From Mustelus asterias (lineage: Eukaryota): DNA of 64,000 bases. The translations under genes and the position numbers were made by a program. The DNA lies in NCBI RefSeq assembly GCF_964213995.1, contig NC_135830.1:4464001-4528000 (forward strand), given 5' to 3'. Numbering within the stretch: the stretch's first letter is position 1; every line of letters begins with the position of its first letter. Below the pieces are notes generated by a model that saw only the letters and a program-made list of their open reading frames with translations, was not told the origin of the DNA and did no database searches. Shown here one piece after another: positions 57,091 to 64,000 of the stretch.

Positions 57091-59292
57091 TCGCTACAAT
57101 TGTGTTTCAAATCTGGCTGCTCCCACATTGCAGTGTGCTTGTGCAGGATGACCAGCAGGATTTCTGAAATGATACAGGAACATTTTATTTTCCTCAGAGC
57201 CCCTCTAACCCTCCTGCTGCTGACCTTAATGTACACACCTTGGACATTGACCCCTCTGCTAAGGGGATAAAGTTTCTTCTTAACTATCCTATCTACATTC
57301 CTCTTACTTTTGTATACGTCAGTGGCGACCACGTTCGGTGTTCACTGTGTTAAGGAAAGCAACCCGAGCCTAACCAGACTGTCTTCACTGCTGAAAAACT
57401 GCAGGCCAGGTAACATCCTGGTGAATCTCCTTTGCATTCGTTCCGGAGCAATCACATCCTCCTTCTTGTGAGGTCATAGCACTCCTCAGAGTACTCTTGC
57501 TGAAGACAAATGAGCGTTTCATACAGCTCCATCATGACTTCCCTGCTCCTATCTTCCACACTTCGACTAATAAAGAAAATTGTCATGCCTGCCTTCTTAA
57601 GCAGCAGATCATCAGGAGTTACCCAATGGAATGGAAAACAATAGAAGGTTTATGTCTACTTTCTTGAGTTTACACTGAAATTAATTTTTAAAAATCCAAA
57701 GAGCCGTTGTCCAGTCACAACCTCAACATAAAAATAAATTAATGAACTAACTTCAAAAGGGTAAAAAAATACGTTAGTAACACACGCTGTGATAAAGAGC
57801 ATTCAGCACATATTCCAAAATTAAGATCATTCTTGACAGATTTCATTGAAGAATTTTAACAATGATCAGGAATGTTGATGTCCGACACATGGCGTTTCTA
57901 GATGCCTTCAGTAAGTGAATACTTAACAGACTCATGAGTAATCTTAGTTCAAGTGGAGTTAGAGGAACAGCAGCAGAATGACTAGAAGCTGGCTACAAAG
58001 ATGCAACATAGGGAGTAGGAGTTAAAGGGATTTTCTCTGACTGCTGGAAGGTGGGAAGTGGGTTTCCACAAGGATCAGTGCTGGGATCACTGTCCTTCAC
58101 CATTTATATCACCAATATGGAATCAGGAAGCAAAATTATAATTTCAAAATTTATAAACCAATCCAAACTGAGAGTGAGAATGACCAGAGTGGAAGAATAC
58201 ACTGAAACACAATAACACATTAATAATAAATTATGAAGTTGCAAATTGGGTATTAGAATTGGAAATTAATTTCACCACAGCTCAGTGTCAGGTTCTGCAT
58301 TCTGATCAGAACAGTAAGTTTCCTAATCACTCTATGGAAATCAAGCATCTCAATACTTTCGAGGAGTTTAGGGCTTCAGTTGATCAGATTGACAAACCGC
58401 TTTAAGAAACAACACAGTTTAGACAGAGCCACAACAATCCAGAAAAAAAAAACATTGGAGTTAATTAATAGATTAATGGAAACGTGGACAAATCACAAAA
58501 TGTTTGACAATCGCTGAATACTGCACGGTTTGTAATTGGTTTGTTTAAATATCAGGAACTAGCTGAAACTTCTTTCTTTTCAATACAAAGCCAAGGTATG
58601 GAGAAATTTCATATCATACCCTGACCACCAAACAAAGCCAAACTCTTCCTGTTTTCAACATGTTCCAAAGATAAACGATGGAGGCAGCTCCACAGGATGG
58701 ACATCTCACTCACCAAATTAAATTGGTATATATTTAAAATTGAACCAACTTATTTCATTCCATTCTTTTCCTAAACACAATACAATTCTACATGGACAGA
58801 TAGTGCCAGATATTAATGGAGACTTTGATCAGATATTCCACTCAGGTGAAAGAACAACAATCAGTACAATTATACACTGACAAATATACCCTGCAATACT
58901 TGTTCACTGGTGTCAGGTATTCTGCTCTGGTTAGTGATCCACATTCAAATTTCCATTATATTCTTACTCCCACTAAACATTATTTCAGAGAGATCACCTT
59001 CACTGAGGTCCAATCTTACAATAGATAAGATTGAGTAGTTCACGACTCAATACATTAACTTCATTGAGAGGTGAACCCGTGAGTAACACAAAGAGGCTCA
59101 TTGTCAGCTGATGAAAAGGGTTAAAACCACAGAGATATTTCAAGCCATTTGATTTAAGTAAATTACATTGTTCACCTGGTGTCTTTATAACAGTGACCAC
59201 GACATCAGCATGGAGCATTTTCAGTCAGAGTTTAAAATTAGAGAGCCGTTCACACACAGATTTACACAACCTCAATGGTTAGAGTCACTCAC

Positions 59293-59359
59293 CGGGAACA
59301 CCAATAGTGACAATGATTGGGTAGAATATTTTCACAGCTATCTGAACTGGATACAGCAT
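59293..59359 (-). CDS. GPR139-like GPCR exon 1 (MLYPVQIAVKIFYPIIVTIGVP); the spliced product is 316 aa
   Basis: ATG at 59359; the phase-1 donor CCC G|GTGAGT joins exon 2 TT to give GVP-V-N, the family's TM1 motif. TATAAAT lies at 59452-59446. Confidence 0.85.
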
Positions 59360-60329
59360 TTTCAGTGTGAAGTGATGTGTCCCTTCGAGCTGCTGGCAGT
59401 CTCTCTGACTTTCACATCTGACGTTATATGTTCCCAAAGCCTTTAATTTATACACCGTAAAGTCACCTTAGGGACAGTGTGGCAACAACTTGGTTTGAAG
59501 TTTAAAAAAAAAATGAACAAACAGATTACGACATTGATTTCAGTGATGGAAGATATTTATTTTTAAAATTGACTTACTTCTTTCCAAGCACTGGATTCTG
59601 TTGATCACATTTATCAACTAATAACAAGTGGAAAGATGCTGTACACTCAAACATCATCAGTCCCATCTCTAGATCTCAGGTAGTTTCAGTGATATCTGTC
59701 ACTGGACTGTGACGTTTCAGTAATTGAGTTTCAATTGTTACCGTGTCTCTCTGTTTGAACTTTAACTGTGCACATTCTGTGATGTGATTTAAGTGGGTTA
59801 GAGTTTCGCATAAATTGCAATATTCTGTTGATCAATAACATGGAACTATTTAGTCTGCAAATAAATTTGTTTTTTGTACCGAAATCTAATGCAGCTTCTC
59901 AAACTGAGAAAATATTTGGAAACAATGGGACATCTCAGAAAATTCAAGCCCTGCAGCAGATACAAACACATCACCTCTTAGAGCAGTACAATAACAGATT
60001 TAACTGTGACGAACAATGCACAGGCTCCAAATGACACTGGACCCACATCTGATACAGTAGTTCAGAAACGTGCTCAGATGTGGAAGGAGAGAGATGAGCA
60101 CGAGGGAGAGGGACGAATTGTGGGATGGGCTTAATCTCGAAAAGGTGCGAGGCTGGGAAAATGAATGGATAAGAGTGCGAGAGGAAGACCCTGAGCGAGT
60201 GAAAGTCAAAAAGAGGAAGACAGAAGGATTGATGGGGCGGGGGTGAGGGCGTCCTGATGGGGGAAGCAGTTATTGTAAGAGGAATTGTGTTTATAACAGT
60301 AACTTAACTGAGAGAGAAGTCAGCTCCGC

Positions 60330-61102
60330 TGGCTATGGGGAGAGGTTGAATAAACGAGGATTGTTTTCACTGGAAATACGGAGGCTTATAAACTCTGCGA
60401 ACAGCCTGATAGAGGTCTACAAAATTGTGAGAGGCACAGACAGGGTGGATAGTCAGAGGCTTTTCTCCAAAGGTGAAAGTGTCAATTACAAGGGGGAAGT
60501 GGTTCCAAATTCAGGAGGTAATGTTAAAGGCGATGTGCGGGGGACGTTTTTCACACAGAGAGTGTCAGTGCCTGGAATGCGCTGCCAGGGGAGGAATCAG
60601 GCATATGAGTAACTTTTAAGAGGCATCTGGATGGATACATTGATAGGAGGTAAGATGGTTATAGACCGAGTAAGTGCAGCAGGTTTTATTTTAAAATAAG
60701 GCATCATGATCAGCGGAGGGTCATAGAATCATAGAAACCCTCCAGCACAGAAAGAGGCCATTCTGCCCATCAAGTCTGCAACGACCACAATCCCACCCAG
60801 GCCCTACCCCCATACCCCTACATATTGACCTACGAATCCCTCTAACCTACGCATCTCAGGACACTAAGCGAAAATTTCGCATGGCCAATTAACCTAACCC
60901 GCACATTTTGGGAGGAAACCAGAGGAAACTCACGCAGACGCGAGAAGAATGTGCAAATTCCACTCTGACAGTGACCCAAGCAGGGGATCGAACCCAGGTC
61001 CCTGGAGCTGTGAAGCTGCAGTGCTAGCCACTGTGCTACCATGCCGCCCTAGGTCGGACGGCCTGTTCCTGTGCTGTCCATTTCTTTGCCCTTTGTTCTT
61101 TG
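60330..61102 (+). mobile_element. CR1 3' fragment with an antisense HE1 SINE inserted at ~60722-61049
   Basis: GLFSLE.RRL...LIEVYKI...DVRGTFFTQRV, then the HE1 reverse complement; the CR1 tail resumes at ~61050. Confidence 0.8.
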
Positions 61103-61139
61103 CGAGTGTGCATCAGGAAAGACACAACTGGTTTAAGAG

Positions 61140-62577
61140 AGAGTGAGACAAATCAGACCACAAGTCTGTGCTCCTGCTGCAGGCTTACAAGCAGAAACTA
61201 AAGCGGGAGAATCCATTAACTAAAGTCGTGAAATGTTGTTCTCAGGAATCGAAAGATCTCCTATGTGACTGTTCAGAGTCTGTGGACTGGTTAGTATTTA
61301 TAAACTCTGCGAACAGCCTGAACGAGTACGTCACCACAGTAACTGGCTTCATTAGGAAGTGTGCAGAAGACTGTGTGCCCAAGAATGTATTGTTTGCGTT
61401 TCCCAACGAGAAACCATGGATGAACAGGAATATCCACTGCTTACTGAGGTCTAGATCTGAGGCGTTCAACTCTGACCGATACAAGAAAGCCAGATATGAT
61501 CGACACAGATCCATCAAAGATGTCAAAAAGCCAGTACCGGACCAAGCTATTGTCCCATCCTAGCCACACGGGCCCCCACCGACTATGCCAAAGTCTGCAA
61601 GACATAACAGGCTACAAGATGAAGGCATGTAAAATCGCTGGCTCAATCGGACTCCTCTCTAATAAGTTCAATGCGTTCTATGCCCGTGTTAAGCATGAGG
61701 TCAGCAAGAGAATGCCCTCCACCCCGGCAGCCTCGGATGGAGATGTATCTGAGGTCACCATTTCAGATGTCAGAACAGCCTTCTCGAAAGTTAACCCATG
61801 GCAAGCGACTGGCCTGGATGCGGTACCCGGACAAGCACTCACACCCTGCGTGGATCAGCTGGCGGGGGTATTCACAGTCATCTTCAAATTCTCTTTACAA
61901 CAATCTGAGTTCCCAATCTGCTTCAAGAAGACGACCATTCACCCAGTAGCAAAGATAAAACACGCAGCGTGTCTTAATGACGACCGTCCGGTGGCTCTGA
62001 CATCCATCGAAGTAGCAAGGGTCGAGGGCTTCAAGTTTTTATGTGTCCAGGTCACGAACAACCTGTACTGGTCCCCATTGCTGACACTATAGTTAAGAAA
62101 GCCCACCAACATCTCTAATTTCTCAGAAGACAAAGGAAATTTGGAATGTCAGCTACGACTCTTACCAACTTTTACAGATGCACCAGAAAGCATTCTTTCT
62201 GGTGGTATCACAGCTTGGTATGGCTCCTGCTGTGTCCAAGGCCGCACGGAATTACAAAAGGTCGCGAATATAGCCCAATCCATCACGCAAACCAGCCTCT
62301 CATCCATTGACTCTGTCCACACTTCTTGGTGCCTCGGCAAAGCAGCCAGAATAATCAAGGACCCCATGCACCACGGACATTCTCTCTTCCACCTTTTACC
62401 ATCGGGAAAAAGATACAAAGGTCTGAGGTCAGGTACCAACCGACTCAAGAACAGCTTCTTCCGTGCTGCCATCAGACTTTTGAATCGATCTACCTCGCAT
62501 TAAGTTGCTCTTTCTGTGCACCCGAGCTATGACTGTAACATTACATTCTGCAGTCTTTCATTTCCTTCTCTATGAAC
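61140..62577 (+). mobile_element. Rex1/Babar-type LINE, internally deleted (RT core missing at ~62005)
   Basis: LLLQAYKQKLKRE, FPNEKPWMN and ACLNDDRPVALTS, then a jump to ESILSGGITAWYG...LLPSGKRY..RLKNSFF. Confidence 0.82.
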
Positions 62578-62584
62578 TCTTCTC

Positions 62585-64000
62585 TTGAAGAGTATAGGGG
62601 GGTGTAGGAGTAGAGTTAAGGGAGAAATTAGGAGGGCACAAAGGGGCACGAGATTGTTTTGGCAGATAAGGCAAAGGAAAATCCAAAGAGCTTCCACAAA
62701 TACATCAAGGGCAAAAGAGTAACAAGGGAAAGCGTAGGGCTTCTTAAGGTTCAACAAGGTCATCTATGTGCGGATCCACAAGGGATTGGTGAGATCCTAA
62801 ATGAATATTTCTCATCCATATTTACTGTTGAGAAAAACATGGATGTTATGGAACTTGGGGAAATAAATAGTGATGTCTTGAGGAGTGTACATATTACAGA
62901 GAAAGATGTGCTGGAAGTCTTAAAGCGCATCAAGGTAGATAAATCCCCGGGACCTGATGAGGTGTATCCCAGGACATTGTGGGAGGCTAGGGAGGAAATT
63001 GCAGGTCCCCTAGCCGATATAATTGAATCATCGATAGTCACACGGGAGCTGCCTGAAGATTGGAGTTTGGCAAATGTTGTGCCTTTGTTTAAAACGGGCT
63101 GCAGGGAAAAGCCTGGGAACTACAGACCAGTGAGCCTCACATCTGTGGTGGGTAAAGTGTTGGAAGGTATTTTGAGAGACAGGACCTACAGGCCTTTAAA
63201 GACGCAAGGACTGATTAGTGACAGTCAGCATGGCTTTGTGAGTGGAAAATCATGTCTCACAAATTTGATTGAGTTTTTTGAAGGGGTAACCAAGAAGGTA
63301 GTTGAGGTCAGTGCAGTTGATGTTGTCTGCATGGATTTTAGCAAGGTCTTTGACAAGTACCGCATATTAGGTTGTTGCATTAGATTAAATCTCACGGGAT
63401 CCAGGGTGAGGTATCTAAATTGATACAAAATTGGCTTCTTGCCAGAAGACAGAGGGTAGTTGTAGAGGGTTGTTTTTCAAACTGGAGGCCTGTGGCCAGC
63501 GGCTGCCTCAGAGATCGGTGCTGGGTCCACTGTTATTTGTCCTTTATATTAGTGATTTGAATGACAGTATAGGAGGCATGGTTAGTATGTTTGCAGATGT
63601 TACCAAGATTGGTGGCATGGACAGTGAAGAATGTTATCTCCGATTGCAACAGGATCTTCATCAATTGGGCCAGTGGGCTGACGAATGGCCGATGGAGTTT
63701 AATTTAGATAAATGCAAGGTGATGCATTTTGGTAGATTAAACCAGGGCAGGACTTACTCAGTTAATGGTAGAGCGCTGGGGAGAGTTACAGAACAAAAAG
63801 ATCTAGGGGTACATGTTCATTACGCCTTGAAAGTGGAGTCACTGGTGGTGAAGAAGGCATTCAGCCTGCTTGGTTTAATCGGTCAGAACATTGAATACAG
63901 GAGTTGAGGCAACTTGTTGAAGTTGTACAAGACATTGCTAAGGCCACACTTGCAATAGTGTGTACAGTTCTCGTAACCCTATTATAGAAATGATATTATT
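62585..64000 (+). mobile_element. CR1 LINE RT, frameshifted, running off the window edge
   Basis: KENPKSF, KSPGPDE, NYRPVSLTS, QHGF and MFADVTK motifs. Confidence 0.9.

Overview
Vertebrate nuclear DNA, almost certainly from a shark (inferred from HE1-type tRNA-headed SINEs, abundant CR1/HER1-type LINEs and DeuSINE/SacSINE1-type repeats). Roughly half or more is retroelement: CR1, L2-group, Rex1/Babar, Penelope, a Gypsy remnant and three solo LTRs. Between the repeats lies a birth-and-death gene neighbourhood. It holds three C2H2 zinc-finger genes (one intact, two disrupted), a truncated unprocessed EMC4 duplicate (promoter plus exons 1-3, with a Trp-to-stop change; absent from the ORF track), and a tRNA-Pro(TGG) with an 18-nt intron at the canonical 37/38 position. 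It also holds a triplicated tRNA-Val(CAC) cassette (one intact copy), two T-cell-receptor alpha/delta-like V pseudogenes with leader exons and RAG recombination signals, and an intact two-exon GPR139-like class A GPCR with an 8.2-kb intron. There are no prokaryotic features or CRISPR arrays. The best leads are the EMC4 5' end lying upstream of a same-strand ZNF exon, the intron-bearing tRNA-Pro, the TCR V segments among ZNF/tRNA genes, a shared GGAG target site at the solo LTRs, hammerhead-like Penelope ends, and a minisatellite built from a zinc-finger knuckle. All family assignments are by eye from motifs; no database search was run, and most repeat boundaries are approximate.
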